Of a stretch of 64,000 bases of DNA, positions 30,419 through 40,396 are shown piece by piece (positions within the stretch are counted from its first letter, which is position 1; each line of letters starts with the position of its first letter). Position numbers and translations under genes: made by a program. The DNA lies in the sequence record NC_042013.1. One strand, given 5' to 3'. The notes beneath the pieces were generated by a model. It saw nothing but the letters and a program-made list of their open reading frames with translations. It searched no databases and was not told the DNA's origin.

Positions 30419-30709
30419 TTATTTTTTATAATGCACTACGTCATAAAATAGCTTAAAATCGAAACGGTGTCCATAGTTGTTGATGTCAAAAGAACAATAA
30501 TGACCATCTATGCAATCGAAATTAAAATATGTAGAATTATTCATTGGGACTAAATCACTAACATCCGTTGAACGTAATATTCTATATGGGGTATATATAC
30601 CAACGCTATAATAACATCCTTTTATTGGTTTTTTAGTTATCCATTCCCCATCAAATAGATTTAGAAATTTTTCATCAATATCAAAATTTCTTACCTCATA
30701 ATCTTTCAT
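30419..30709 (-). CDS. SDhhP-family small protein, block C
   Basis: WITKKP...VSDLVPM. Confidence 0.75.
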   Translation of the reverse strand: MKDYEVRNFDIDEKFLNLFDGEWITKKPIKGCYYSVGIYTPYRILRSTDVSDLVPMNNSTYFNFDCIDGHYCSFDINNYGHRFDFKLFYDVVHYKK

Positions 30710-31061
30710 TTAAAAATTCCTCAATCTCAATCAGATAGTTAACTTCTTTGGTAGTGTAGCTTGCGGTGTCGCCAATTTTTTGACCTATTTTCTTTTCAAT
30801 AATCCAACAACCATTCTTGTTGGCCGCTTCATATAAAATAGAAATACTCCCCAAATCTCCATCAATATAAAACGGAAAGAAATCTGTTAAATCAAAAGAC
30901 CGTATGGTTTCCCCACGGTCTACATACACTGAAAAGAAATGAGTAAAAGAGTTGAAATCTCTATTATTATCAACCCATCCACGAGAATAATCTTCTTGGA
31001 TTTGTTTCATCGAACTGTAGATTGAACGGCCAGCTAATAACATTAAACAATACCTCTCCAA
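30696..31061 (-). CDS. SDhhP-family small protein, block C
   Basis: RGETIRSFDLTDFFPF. Confidence 0.75.
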   Translation of the reverse strand: MERYCLMLLAGRSIYSSMKQIQEDYSRGWVDNNRDFNSFTHFFSVYVDRGETIRSFDLTDFFPFYIDGDLGSISILYEAANKNGCWIIEKKIGQKIGDTASYTTKEVNYLIEIEEFLNERL

Positions 31062-31396
31062 TTATAAAGGGCTTCAATTACCTCGATGATACTATTATAA
31101 GTATATGTTCCCTCTTCTAGGTGATCTTCTTCTGTACGTGCAAACACAACCATATTATATTGTTTGGTGTAGCCGCCGTTATCAATAGTAAATTCTACAT
31201 TATCCAAATTTAAATTTATCATTGGTAAAAAATCGTTAAGATTAAAAGAGCGGACAGTATCGCCTCGAGAATACATGTTATAATAAGTGTCTTTATTATG
31301 AATGGTTTTATCACCAATCCATCCATTACCGAACGTTGTATAAAAACGATCAATGGTCATATGTTCTTTAGGAAACCGTCTACCAGACAAAATCAT
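31043..31396 (-). CDS. SDhhP-family small protein, block C
   Basis: RGDTVRSFNLNDFLPM. Confidence 0.75.
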   Translation of the reverse strand: MILSGRRFPKEHMTIDRFYTTFGNGWIGDKTIHNKDTYYNMYSRGDTVRSFNLNDFLPMINLNLDNVEFTIDNGGYTKQYNMVVFARTEEDHLEEGTYTYNSIIEVIEALYNWRGIV

Positions 31397-31704
31397 AATT
31401 TTTCAATCGCCTCCAACATTTCCTGAAAACTATTACTTTTTATTCTTACGATTTTTTGATGGAAATCATCAAAAGTGTTAAACGAGTATCGGTCGTTATC
31501 GTATACGAAATACGTTACGTTACCTGACATGTTATTAATAGGCAAAAAATAAGAAATGTCAAACGATTCTTCCAACGATATTTTGGAGTAACTATAATAT
31601 GTTAACCATTGATACGTAAGAGCATCGTCTAAATCTTTTCTGCCGTGCCATATGCGATCTTCTGGAATATTATTACTTTTGAATAACCTCTTTGCTACTA
31701 TCAT
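31393..31704 (-). CDS. SDhhP-family small protein, block C
   Basis: SFDISYFLPI. Confidence 0.72.
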   Translation of the reverse strand: MIVAKRLFKSNNIPEDRIWHGRKDLDDALTYQWLTYYSYSKISLEESFDISYFLPINNMSGNVTYFVYDNDRYSFNTFDDFHQKIVRIKSNSFQEMLEAIEKL

Positions 31705-32003
31705 GTGTTGACCTTAATAAATTCCATAATACTTGGAAAATCAGGGAGGATTTCACGGGCTATATCATTATCATTCCATACGGTGACAATGTAACCGCCT
31801 TCGCAACTCTTTACCTCTAACATTTTTCCTATAGCAACAGAAGGAAATAAATCTGATATATCAAGAGACGATATACGATGTTTGTCGTTTGGTATTATTA
31901 CTGAAATAACATTGTAATAACAAAATTGTTCTTCATCTGTTGGTAATTTAACCCATTTAGTTGTTAACCAAGAAGGCTTTTTTATGGTATAGGTAATGAA
32001 CAT
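31701..32003 (-). CDS. SDhhP-family small protein, block C
   Basis: SLDISDLFPS. Confidence 0.75.
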   Translation of the reverse strand: MFITYTIKKPSWLTTKWVKLPTDEEQFCYYNVISVIIPNDKHRISSLDISDLFPSVAIGKMLEVKSCEGGYIVTVWNDNDIAREILPDFPSIMEFIKVNT

Positions 32004-32005
32004 TT

Positions 32006-32389
32006 TTACCTCAACTGTTCTACTTCAGAGAGTAATTCGCCCCAAGTTTTACAAATTATAGACTCAACACTTCCGGTTTTAATTACGGTAAGATGATAAA
32101 TGTTTTCGCTATTTAATACTATTTTGATTCCGTGTGGAACGTTTCCGATAGGAACTAAATCTGAAATCTCAAGGGACCGCATATATGTTGATCCTTGATA
32201 GGTATATACTATATCGCCTATCTTTCCTTTATCGCCTATCCAAAATTTTTTATTGAATTCGCTACTCGCATTGATATGAGTCGTTGTCGTTGTATAATGC
32301 GAAAGTAAAAATTTAACTCCAATCAACTCAAAACCCCTCAACAATTCTAATAACGTCAAAAAAAGTGATATTGGAAAATAGTTTACCAT
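32006..32389 (-). CDS. SDhhP-family small protein, block C
   Basis: RSLEISDLVPI; true start probably downstream of ORF-track start. Confidence 0.72.
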   Translation of the reverse strand: MVNYFPISLFLTLLELLRGFELIGVKFLLSHYTTTTTHINASSEFNKKFWIGDKGKIGDIVYTYQGSTYMRSLEISDLVPIGNVPHGIKIVLNSENIYHLTVIKTGSVESIICKTWGELLSEVEQLR

Positions 32390-32597
32390 CTTTTATTTTC
32401 AAATGAAATCCTTCAGATGTACTAAAGGTCAAATAAAAATCTGAGGACGATTTAGAAACAGGGAATATGTCAGAAATATTGTTGGTTGTAATATCGACGC
32501 TACCTGAAAAAATAATAACAGGTTTACCTTCCCCGGTCCATTCTGGTGCTGATGAAAACCAGCGTGAAGCACTTCTTATGTACTTCATTCTGATCAC
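32328..32597 (-). CDS. SDhhP-family small protein, block C
   Basis: WTGEGKP...ISDIFPV. Confidence 0.75.
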   Translation of the reverse strand: MIRMKYIRSASRWFSSAPEWTGEGKPVIIFSGSVDITTNNISDIFPVSKSSSDFYLTFSTSEGFHLKIKDGKLFSNITFFDVIRIVEGF

Positions 32598-33085
32598 GGT
32601 AATTTACCCTTACATTGTTCTACGTCGACAAACCGAATAATACCTTCGCTGTTAACCATCGCAACTTGCAAGCCAATACTTAACTCGTCGTAAAAATAAT
32701 AAGTTACAGACGACCACTTAGCAGTGAATGTCGGTTCAATAGATGGGTTAAAGAAACTATTGGCATAAACGACAAGACCTGCGCCCACGTCATCGACTTT
32801 CTTGAAAAAGTCAATGATGTCTTTGTTGTAACGCACTTCTGGATATTTGAAAAACAGATTAATCAAATCCCATCTGATCTTTTCTGTCTTATCGGTCACC
32901 TCATTTAATACACACAGGTCAGATGGAAATGCCGGGTATTCATCTTTATTAGCAACCGCATTGCATAGGGCAAGAATTACGGAATCTTTAGATGAACCGA
33001 TGACGTATTTTTCTGGACGCAAGGGAGTTGAAATCCCCGGCATATAGAAAACATTCTCCGATGGTGAATAAAGCTTATATCCCAT
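32594..33085 (-). CDS. Hypothetical protein
   Basis: Start taken at MGYKLYSP (ORF track start 33136). Confidence 0.65.
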   Translation of the reverse strand: MGYKLYSPSENVFYMPGISTPLRPEKYVIGSSKDSVILALCNAVANKDEYPAFPSDLCVLNEVTDKTEKIRWDLINLFFKYPEVRYNKDIIDFFKKVDDVGAGLVVYANSFFNPSIEPTFTAKWSSVTYYFYDELSIGLQVAMVNSEGIIRFVDVEQCKGKLP

Positions 33086-33086
33086 A

Positions 33087-33179
33087 TTAAATAATATCCG
33101 TAAATTTCTTTGAATACTTCGCGTATTCGTAAACAACGAGGCTTACAAATGCAATTGCGATAGCGTAAACAATAATCAT
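33087..33179 (-). CDS. 30-aa single-TM peptide (not in ORF track)
   Basis: MIIVYAIAIAFVSLVVYEYAKYSKKFTDII*, AAGGAG RBS, directly after a sigma70 promoter. Confidence 0.55.
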   Translation of the reverse strand: MIIVYAIAIAFVSLVVYEYAKYSKKFTDII

Positions 33180-33210
33180 ATTCAAATCTCCTTACGGTTG
33201 ATATGATATC

Positions 33211-33238
33211 GTTTTACACTATCGCAAAAAAATGTCAA
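33211..33238 (-). promoter_or_regulatory. Sigma70-type promoter
   Basis: TTGACA-N16-TAAAAC. Confidence 0.55.
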
Positions 33239-33245
33239 GAACTTT

Positions 33246-33716
33246 TTACCACCAGTAATGTAAAAGTAATTTCATCTTCGGATCAAAGTTTTGTTCTTCA
33301 AGCCATTGGGTTAGATATGGGAGATTTGAAATGTCTCTTACCCAACCAATTTTTTCCGCATCGGTTTCACCCCAAAGCCAAAATTCAACCGGGATGCCAA
33401 CTTTAGCTTTCATTTGTTCAACCGTTGGGCCGTTTTGTTGATATAGATCATCATCATCTCTGTCTTCACTTGTAGAAGATACCAATTCGTAATAGTCGTT
33501 CATAGTAAACGAGTAATAATAATTATCATTACCGAGTCCTAAGTACTTCCAAAGGCGTTGAACATCCTCGTATACTTCGACGGGCATCATAGACCATTGT
33601 GCTTCAATAACGGTAGCGGTTCGGACTGCTGGCCCACCATCAGCTGGCTTTGATGTCCAATCATCAAACTTATGAGAATGACTGGTAGTTCTACCAGAAT
33701 AAGGTAACTTTTCCAT
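33246..33716 (-). CDS. Hypothetical protein
   Basis: ORF with AAGGA RBS, ends HYWW. Confidence 0.7.
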   Translation of the reverse strand: MEKLPYSGRTTSHSHKFDDWTSKPADGGPAVRTATVIEAQWSMMPVEVYEDVQRLWKYLGLGNDNYYYSFTMNDYYELVSSTSEDRDDDDLYQQNGPTVEQMKAKVGIPVEFWLWGETDAEKIGWVRDISNLPYLTQWLEEQNFDPKMKLLLHYWW

Positions 33717-33726
33717 GATAATATCC

Positions 33727-34293
33727 TTATTGAATTTCGTTGAATTTTTTGGAAATAACCTTCATAACAATGCGTTCAGGGATATTACCGATAAAACGCA
33801 TTGACTTGACGAGGTTCATTGTAAACCAACCAACCTGAACAAGTAAGAAAGACGGCCACATAATCACGGATGCTGTGAGGTAATCCCGATTAAATTGAAA
33901 GAATTTAGAACGGACATCCCTGTTATAACGAACCAACAAATCAGCGTCAAATGACGAGGCATTATGGTGCGCAAGAAAATTCTTAATAAAGCCATCACGA
34001 TTTTTCTTATAGAGGTCAAGAGCACCATATACAATGACAGATGTGGCTATAACAAAAACTACAACCATTCCCGTAAGATAAAGTGGTCCAATCCACAACA
34101 AGTAACTAACATCGGGAAAATCTCCCCAAAACGGAATGTACCGTTCGTATACAGCCCACCCTAATACGATACCGAATGCATATAGTTGGACTGCACCGCT
34201 ATATTCTTTTTCATCACCGGTTGTTGAATAGATAGCGAAACTGATAGCGATTAATATTGCCGCCACTACGTAAAGTAAATAAATCCATTCCAT
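33727..34293 (-). CDS. WP-motif membrane protein
   Basis: Multiple TM helices; SSFDA..RY; VIMWPS. Confidence 0.75.
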   Translation of the reverse strand: MEWIYLLYVVAAILIAISFAIYSTTGDEKEYSGAVQLYAFGIVLGWAVYERYIPFWGDFPDVSYLLWIGPLYLTGMVVVFVIATSVIVYGALDLYKKNRDGFIKNFLAHHNASSFDADLLVRYNRDVRSKFFQFNRDYLTASVIMWPSFLLVQVGWFTMNLVKSMRFIGNIPERIVMKVISKKFNEIQ

Positions 34294-34611
34294 TTATTTT
34301 TTCCTTGCTGTTAAGAGTAATATTGAAAACAAAAATATAAGAACAGGCCACAGAATTATCATAGTAATCCGAATGCCTATCTTTGGATTATACCCTACCT
34401 TTTTTCCATGTTCTTGTACATATGTTTCCAGTTTTTCTTGGTTAAAAAAACGTTCATCAATAGGGTAATTCTTTATGATATATTTTCTAGCATTTCGAAC
34501 CAGCCTTGATTCGCTGTCCTTGATATCACATACATTGATAATCATTGACATATGGTGCCACGATAATATCCCTATCGATAAGTAACAGAGAAATATTAAT
34601 GCCCAATCCAT
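34294..34611 (-). CDS. WP-motif membrane protein
   Basis: CYLSIGI; IILWPV. Confidence 0.75.
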   Translation of the reverse strand: MDWALIFLCYLSIGILSWHHMSMIINVCDIKDSESRLVRNARKYIIKNYPIDERFFNQEKLETYVQEHGKKVGYNPKIGIRITMIILWPVLIFLFSILLLTARKK

Positions 34612-35147
34612 TTGTTAAAAATCCTCCGCATAATAACATCAAAAATATTAAAGTTAATTTTTGGAAAACGTATATCCTTTACAAAGTAAACGACCGCCAT
34701 AATCGGCACAACAATAAGCAAAACCGGCCAATAGAATAAACAACGAACAATTTCAACACCAGACATCTTGAAGTATTTTTGATAAATCTCGTCGTTGTAC
34801 TTTTTATAATACACAGGATCAAAAGATTCAAATCCGTGGCAAAATTTGTAATATTCTATATTAGTGGATTGTTCGTTTTTTATTAATTCTTTAGCGCTAC
34901 GGGTATGCATAATCATATGAATGACAAACGATATGACGCAACACAAAATATAAACCCCAATTGCGACAATAAGTGGATATGTATCAATACCACCGTCTTC
35001 TGTCATAAAGGGGAGTGAGAATGTCCACATCATTATAACCATGCCAACAAAATGAACCTCGCCGTCTTTACTAAGAAAATATATACAAATTGCAATAATA
35101 AGACTAATGGCGTTCATTATCGCAACTAATATCCAAAATTCATTCAT
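34596..35147 (-). CDS. WP-motif membrane protein
   Basis: ESFDPVYYKKY; LFYWPV. Confidence 0.75.
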   Translation of the reverse strand: MNEFWILVAIMNAISLIIAICIYFLSKDGEVHFVGMVIMMWTFSLPFMTEDGGIDTYPLIVAIGVYILCCVISFVIHMIMHTRSAKELIKNEQSTNIEYYKFCHGFESFDPVYYKKYNDEIYQKYFKMSGVEIVRCLFYWPVLLIVVPIMAVVYFVKDIRFPKINFNIFDVIMRRIFNKWIGH

Positions 35148-35794
35148 TAAAAACCCCTTACCTTTTTCTTAATAAAATCACTCGGAAAGAATAACAAATC
35201 CCGTACCTTACCCATAGCGAAAAGAAGACCTTCAGAATTATCTAAGATCATAACTTTAATAATGTCAACCGGCCACGCGACAAAATTGGTATAAATCGTA
35301 AGAGGACTGATATCAAAATAATTTTCATTAACATCTTGCACATATAACTTATAATAATGCGAATTAAATGATGAAAACATATATTCACGTTTGAATCCAG
35401 ACATATGTGAATCTTTGATTTCGTTGAATTCATTGGTCTGATTTCGAATAGCCATAAAATACGTCAATGGACTCATGATGATACCAAGATAGACGACCGT
35501 TCCGGTAGCATATATAGAAGAGATGAAATACACCCATCCGAATATTTGTGATTTATCAAGAACTCCGTTCAACCACGATATTGACGGTAGTATTATAACG
35601 ATAAGAGTTGAAAAAATCGATGATGCAAATTTAAAAGGATTCTCCCCCGCCCCGTTAAAGGAAAAAAGCATAATCCCAAAAGCGATAGGCCACATATAAT
35701 GGGAATAGTTAAGATCGACAGGTATCTGCTGATATCCCCAAATACCAATACCAACATAAACGATTGCAGCAATGATATACCAAAATTTCTTCAT
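35147..35794 (-). CDS. WP-motif membrane protein
   Basis: SSFNSHYYKLY; FVAWPV. Confidence 0.75.
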   Translation of the reverse strand: MKKFWYIIAAIVYVGIGIWGYQQIPVDLNYSHYMWPIAFGIMLFSFNGAGENPFKFASSIFSTLIVIILPSISWLNGVLDKSQIFGWVYFISSIYATGTVVYLGIIMSPLTYFMAIRNQTNEFNEIKDSHMSGFKREYMFSSFNSHYYKLYVQDVNENYFDISPLTIYTNFVAWPVDIIKVMILDNSEGLLFAMGKVRDLLFFPSDFIKKKVRGF

Positions 35795-36504
35795 TGGTAC
35801 AAACTCCTTAAAATTTTTCTATAGGCATTCTGTACACCACTTACGTTAATCGAACGAATAGATTTATAACAACGGTAAATGATGAGTGCGATGTATTTCG
35901 CAATTAGAAACGGCCAGCAAAAAATAGAAGGAAAGCTATCTTTTGGATGACAACTGTTTTCAACTTGCATCATATAATTGTGATATTCCTCGGAATTAAA
36001 AGATTTAACATTATACCGACGCTTATATTCCCGAACGTAATAGCCATCATTCATTATGTCCGCGTACTTTATGTTAAAGGTAAAATACCCATTCAGAATG
36101 CTAATACTACAACCCATTACCACGTATGACGATACAACCATAAGAGTGTTAAAATCTAAAAATTTAAAACCAGTATAGGCGTTAATGATAACGAGGAATA
36201 TTAATGCAAATATACAAAATATCAAGGCAACGAAAAAAAAGCCGTGTGATGGAGTTATTAATACCATAATCCCGCAAGCGAATATAATAAAGATTATGAG
36301 AGACGTTACAACAATATGATCGAAGTTAATGAACGGCCCCACCAAATTAAAAAGGAATAGGGAAATTCCAAACAACATAGCCGAGGTGATAAATGCTTTC
36401 ATGTGCGTTTCCTTACGATATAACCAAACAATGCAATCGGCCATAGGAACATTAATACCAATGCGAAACTTAATGTTTTTGAAGACACTAAACGCAGCAT
36501 ACAA
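35791..36504 (-). CDS. WP-motif membrane protein
   Basis: KSFNSEEYHNY; IFCWPF; true start probably MKAFITS. Confidence 0.75.
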   Translation of the reverse strand: MYAAFSVFKNIKFRIGINVPMADCIVWLYRKETHMKAFITSAMLFGISLFLFNLVGPFINFDHIVVTSLIIFIIFACGIMVLITPSHGFFFVALIFCIFALIFLVIINAYTGFKFLDFNTLMVVSSYVVMGCSISILNGYFTFNIKYADIMNDGYYVREYKRRYNVKSFNSEEYHNYMMQVENSCHPKDSFPSIFCWPFLIAKYIALIIYRCYKSIRSINVSGVQNAYRKILRSLYQ

Positions 36505-36698
36505 TATCCGATAGCCAGTACATAACCAATGGTTAGAGATATGACTAAACCATATCCTACAAAGGAGGCGTAGTCAATGAACTCTACGGTGAAAACTAAT
36601 ATCGGTAAGTAAAAACAAAACGCAGACGATTTGAAATAACCGTACCGATAAAAGTCATATGCGAAATAAAAAAGAAAAAGGCTGAAAAATGTGATCAT
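36399..36698 (-). CDS. WP-motif membrane protein
   Basis: GYVLAIG; MFLWPI. Confidence 0.72.
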   Translation of the reverse strand: MITFFSLFLFYFAYDFYRYGYFKSSAFCFYLPILVFTVEFIDYASFVGYGLVISLTIGYVLAIGYCMLRLVSSKTLSFALVLMFLWPIALFGYIVRKRT

Positions 36699-37045
36699 TT
36701 TATTCCGTAAATATCATTCGCGATATCCTCGAGCGTTCCTAAAATAATAGAACAGATGATCAACGGCCACAAAACATGCGAACCAATAGCATCACCGAGC
36801 TTGTGGTCTTTCATCAGTGACGTGTACCACCTTGACAGAGCATAACCAACAACGAGGTAGATTAACCCTGCCATCACCCACACATAATCAGGGATTTCCC
36901 AAATACTAGGAAATAATGGTAGGGCAAATACAAGAGAAATCCCCACGAATACACTGGAGGACCAATAACTACGTTCCCTGAAAACAAATGTTGCCAGACC
37001 GATAGTAAAAATTGCTGTAATAAAAAAGATTACTTCCATAACCAC
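36695..37045 (-). CDS. WP-motif membrane protein
   Basis: IYLVVGY; HVLWPL. Confidence 0.75.
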   Translation of the reverse strand: MVMEVIFFITAIFTIGLATFVFRERSYWSSSVFVGISLVFALPLFPSIWEIPDYVWVMAGLIYLVVGYALSRWYTSLMKDHKLGDAIGSHVLWPLIICSIILGTLEDIANDIYGIK

Positions 37046-37048
37046 CTC

Positions 37049-37579
37049 CTAAAATTGGTCTCGATAAAAATAACGTTTCAAAGATTCAATAGGTCTTACT
37101 TTGTTGTGATCCTCGAATAGAGAAAACAATGATTTGGGAAATAGTTTCCTATGAAGTTCAAGCGGCCATCCTAACCAATTAATGAAAAAGTTTTCCCAAT
37201 CCAATAGAAAATATTTGTCGTGAATGTATAGCTTAAACTCATTATACCGTTCCGCGTTAAATGACTTGAACCGTTTGTATGATTTGAATAATTCTATTTC
37301 ACTTCCTTTAACGTTATTATAATTATTCTTGTTATTCCTAATATCTCGCCACATCATAATAGATGCAAAGACCAGACCGATATAAAAATAAATAGCGTAA
37401 AAGTAAACGGCGTAGATGAAGTTAAATGTTTCTGGTGTTGATGAAAATAAAGGAATCCACGCAACACTAAACGTAATCCCATCAATGACGCGCATCTCAA
37501 GATTATAGAAAATGATCGCCGCAACTATCATCCCGCCAGTTAAGATACCAGTGACTATTTCGTGATTCGGTTCATACAT
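37049..37579 (-). CDS. WP-motif membrane protein
   Basis: IYFYIGL; KSFNAERY; WLGWPL. Confidence 0.75.
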   Translation of the reverse strand: MYEPNHEIVTGILTGGMIVAAIIFYNLEMRVIDGITFSVAWIPLFSSTPETFNFIYAVYFYAIYFYIGLVFASIMMWRDIRNNKNNYNNVKGSEIELFKSYKRFKSFNAERYNEFKLYIHDKYFLLDWENFFINWLGWPLELHRKLFPKSLFSLFEDHNKVRPIESLKRYFYRDQF

Positions 37580-37895
37580 TTTTAGATAACATCCTCTTTA
37601 CGATTTCATACGGCCAAAGAAACATCGCCATTAATGAATTCTCCAGCGATCTCAGTTTCTTGTCTGTATTTGTAATATACACGAATACAACAACACCAAT
37701 GGCGTTATATCCCAAAAGAAAAAGAGTTGTGAAATGTTCATCATAAAAAACAGATTTGATTTCTGGATAAACGATCAAGAATGACAAAAATACCATCGTG
37801 AAAGCACCAACGGGAACTTCCTCGCGATACATCGCATATCCTCCACAAAGAAGTAGAATTGATATGACACTAAAAAGGATAGTAAGAGGTTCCAT
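37572..37895 (-). CDS. WP-motif membrane protein
   Basis: GYNAIGV; MFLWPY. Confidence 0.75.
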   Translation of the reverse strand: MEPLTILFSVISILLLCGGYAMYREEVPVGAFTMVFLSFLIVYPEIKSVFYDEHFTTLFLLGYNAIGVVVFVYITNTDKKLRSLENSLMAMFLWPYEIVKRMLSKNV

Positions 37896-38227
37896 TATAT
37901 ATCATCGCCTACTTGAAAAAGAACGACAATAATATCGAACGGCCACAACAGTAATCCTGCTGTACCGTGCAAAATTGATTGATAATCTTTAATGTTGTAA
38001 ATGTACCAAAGAGAGCCGATGGCAAGATAAGTGTAAATCGCAAGACTGTTGTAATCAAACCAGATATAATAACCAAATGCAGACAATGAGGCCATTAATA
38101 GGGCAGGAATAAATGACCCATCCGTATAAAACATAAATGCACTTATGCAACAAGCAGTGCCAAGAACAATTCCATACCAAAATGCATTTGTTTGAAATAC
38201 GGCCCAAATTTCCATAGTGATATCCAT
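37895..38227 (-). CDS. WP-motif membrane protein
   Basis: TYLAIGS; LLLWPF; GGAG RBS. Confidence 0.75.
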   Translation of the reverse strand: MDITMEIWAVFQTNAFWYGIVLGTACCISAFMFYTDGSFIPALLMASLSAFGYYIWFDYNSLAIYTYLAIGSLWYIYNIKDYQSILHGTAGLLLWPFDIIVVLFQVGDDI

Positions 38228-38250
38228 ATATCTCTCCTATTTTGGAAGAG

Positions 38251-38279
38251 ACTATGGGCGAAATATTTTAGAATGTCAA
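38251..38279 (-). promoter_or_regulatory. Sigma70-type promoter for membrane-protein array
   Basis: TTGACA-N17-CATAGT. Confidence 0.5.
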
Positions 38280-39607
38280 GCCCACTTAGATTCGGCCATT
38301 TCAACTAATTGATTATAAATTTCCGAATATGGATCGGCATTTTTACGTAATAGTTTTTCTAATTTGGAAAAGTCATTAAGCTTCATCAATGGTGCGTTAA
38401 TATGGATATCCCCATTAATTACCTCGATGTTGTCGATTCCATCATATTCGACAAAGTCTGAAGCTTCCGAACTAACATCAATAACGGTGTCGCCTTCGTC
38501 ATAGGCCATTTGCAACGCAACAAGAGTTGCAATCTTTTTATAACCCTTGTCGTAATCAATACGATAAAGGAACAGATGGTCCTCGGTGCCACGATAAAAT
38601 CCATATGCGTAAATATATTTCTCATCTTGATCAGTGAAAAACTTGCGATCATAAATTATAAATGAGGTTCCATCCGCATATACAAGAGGTTCTGCTTTGA
38701 TTTGCTCTTCAGACTTAGGCGGTGTTTTCTTAGCTGGAAGATCGGCAATAATTTCTTTTACTTTTTCACGAGTTATTTTGCCAGCTTTAACTAATTCGGT
38801 GTACCAACCATTTTCTAATAATTTGCGTACGCGATCAGCCCAAATATGTTTTGCATTGTTATAACCAGATTGTGTAAACCCACCAGAACCAAATTCAGGA
38901 TTTACATCATACCAATATTTTCCGATGACTTTACCTAATCCAAGGCCGGAATATTCGCCCGCAACTTGTAACAAGGTCGTTCCCCATTCATTGGTTGCCA
39001 TTGCTACAACCAAGCCATTTGAATTCAAAATGGCAATCGCCGCCCCATTATTCTTTCCATATTTCGGCGTGGTTCTTACAGTGAAATCTTTTCCACCTAT
39101 TTTAATGTGTTGAAGAATTTTAGGGAATTCATCAAGATTGTCCTCAACAGCAGGATCAATCATTGCAACATAATCAGTGATATATTTCACCTGTTGTAAT
39201 CTGGAAGGATCAATATCGAATTCTTCATTATCCCTATTTGTAAATCTAAATGGAATATTTTTTGGATTAAATTTATTTGTGTAATAAAGAGTGTCGCCAG
39301 AGATAACAGCAATAACATCATCACCGCGCTCAAAAGAATATCCTTTTTTATTCTTAACAATTGCATCAAATGATAATCTACTTACACTTCTGTATGAACG
39401 GGTATTATGATCTGTAAAAATAACTGTTCGACTGTAATCGTTGTTCAATGATGCAACGCTTGATTTATACGCGGAATCTGGATGCCATTTTCCATCAGGA
39501 TTTCGGGATTTATAGAATTCATCCAACGTCATCAAACCGTATTCAATGTCTGGATTATCGTATGGTGCCGTTGCTTCTTTTAACATTTTTGAAATCTCTA
39601 AATACAT
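38276..39607 (-). CDS. Putative GNAT-fold (acetyltransferase-like) protein
   Basis: LLQVAGEYSGLGLGKVI resembles GNAT acetyl-CoA motif A; SGGFTQSG; ATAAATA box just upstream. Confidence 0.5.
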   Translation of the reverse strand: MYLEISKMLKEATAPYDNPDIEYGLMTLDEFYKSRNPDGKWHPDSAYKSSVASLNNDYSRTVIFTDHNTRSYRSVSRLSFDAIVKNKKGYSFERGDDVIAVISGDTLYYTNKFNPKNIPFRFTNRDNEEFDIDPSRLQQVKYITDYVAMIDPAVEDNLDEFPKILQHIKIGGKDFTVRTTPKYGKNNGAAIAILNSNGLVVAMATNEWGTTLLQVAGEYSGLGLGKVIGKYWYDVNPEFGSGGFTQSGYNNAKHIWADRVRKLLENGWYTELVKAGKITREKVKEIIADLPAKKTPPKSEEQIKAEPLVYADGTSFIIYDRKFFTDQDEKYIYAYGFYRGTEDHLFLYRIDYDKGYKKIATLVALQMAYDEGDTVIDVSSEASDFVEYDGIDNIEVINGDIHINAPLMKLNDFSKLEKLLRKNADPYSEIYNQLVEMAESKWA

Positions 39608-39633
39608 TTGCTAATATTTATTGGATAATAATA

Positions 39634-39912
39634 ATGATTGCATTTGTAAACAATAAAGACGGGTTGGTTTCATTGCTTGGTCATACAAGCACACAACGTG
39701 GAATCCCGCACAATAATGACGTACCAGCCTTTCAATATAATTCGGGAAAATATGTATGGTGCATTGAGGGTAGACCAATGAACCCTAATGGCCCGTATAT
39801 TTCTGATCCAAGCGGTTATAAAGCATTTAATGTTGGACCGCGTGGGGAGAAACCGAATGCAAAATATTACATAACCGAGCAGGAGTTTGATCGTGACTAT
39901 CGTTCGAATTGA
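39634..39912 (+). CDS. HRxDGPA-like repeat protein (degenerate)
   Basis: PHNNDVPAFQYNSGKYVWCIEG; start MIAFVN chosen inside ORF 39448..39912. Confidence 0.6.
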   Translation: MIAFVNNKDGLVSLLGHTSTQRGIPHNNDVPAFQYNSGKYVWCIEGRPMNPNGPYISDPSGYKAFNVGPRGEKPNAKYYITEQEFDRDYRSN

Positions 39913-40396
39913 TTTAGCCGGTCGCACCGAATATAGAAATGCAGATGGCAATTTACATAATCCAGATGGACCAGCGGTTATAAATGATGACGGCGCACAA
40001 ATATGGTTCCATAATGGGTTAAAACATCGCGAAGATGGCCCTGCATTCGTAAACCATAAAGAACAGTTCTATGAATATTGGGTACACGGTTATCTTCATC
40101 GAATAGATGGGCCAGCCCGTATACATAAAACAGGCTATGAATATTGGTATTATGGATATTTTGGTAGAAAAGATTTTCCAGCATGTCAGAATGATTTAGG
40201 AGCATATACGTGGACTGATTTAGCAGATGCGACTATCGTCCCAGCGACACTTCAAAATTATATGTTTGAATTTTTGCATCACACTGACAGGCCAGTTAAA
40301 ACGAGACCAGACGGTTATGTTCGATATGTCATTGACAATGAACAATTAACTGAACAAGAATTTTTGAGAAAGAAAAGGGCGAGAAACCTTAGTTAA
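39887..40396 (+). CDS. HRxDGPA repeat protein
   Basis: LHNPDGPAV, KHREDGPAF, LHRIDGPAR repeats. Confidence 0.8.
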   Translation: MIVTIVRIDLAGRTEYRNADGNLHNPDGPAVINDDGAQIWFHNGLKHREDGPAFVNHKEQFYEYWVHGYLHRIDGPARIHKTGYEYWYYGYFGRKDFPACQNDLGAYTWTDLADATIVPATLQNYMFEFLHHTDRPVKTRPDGYVRYVIDNEQLTEQEFLRKKRARNLS

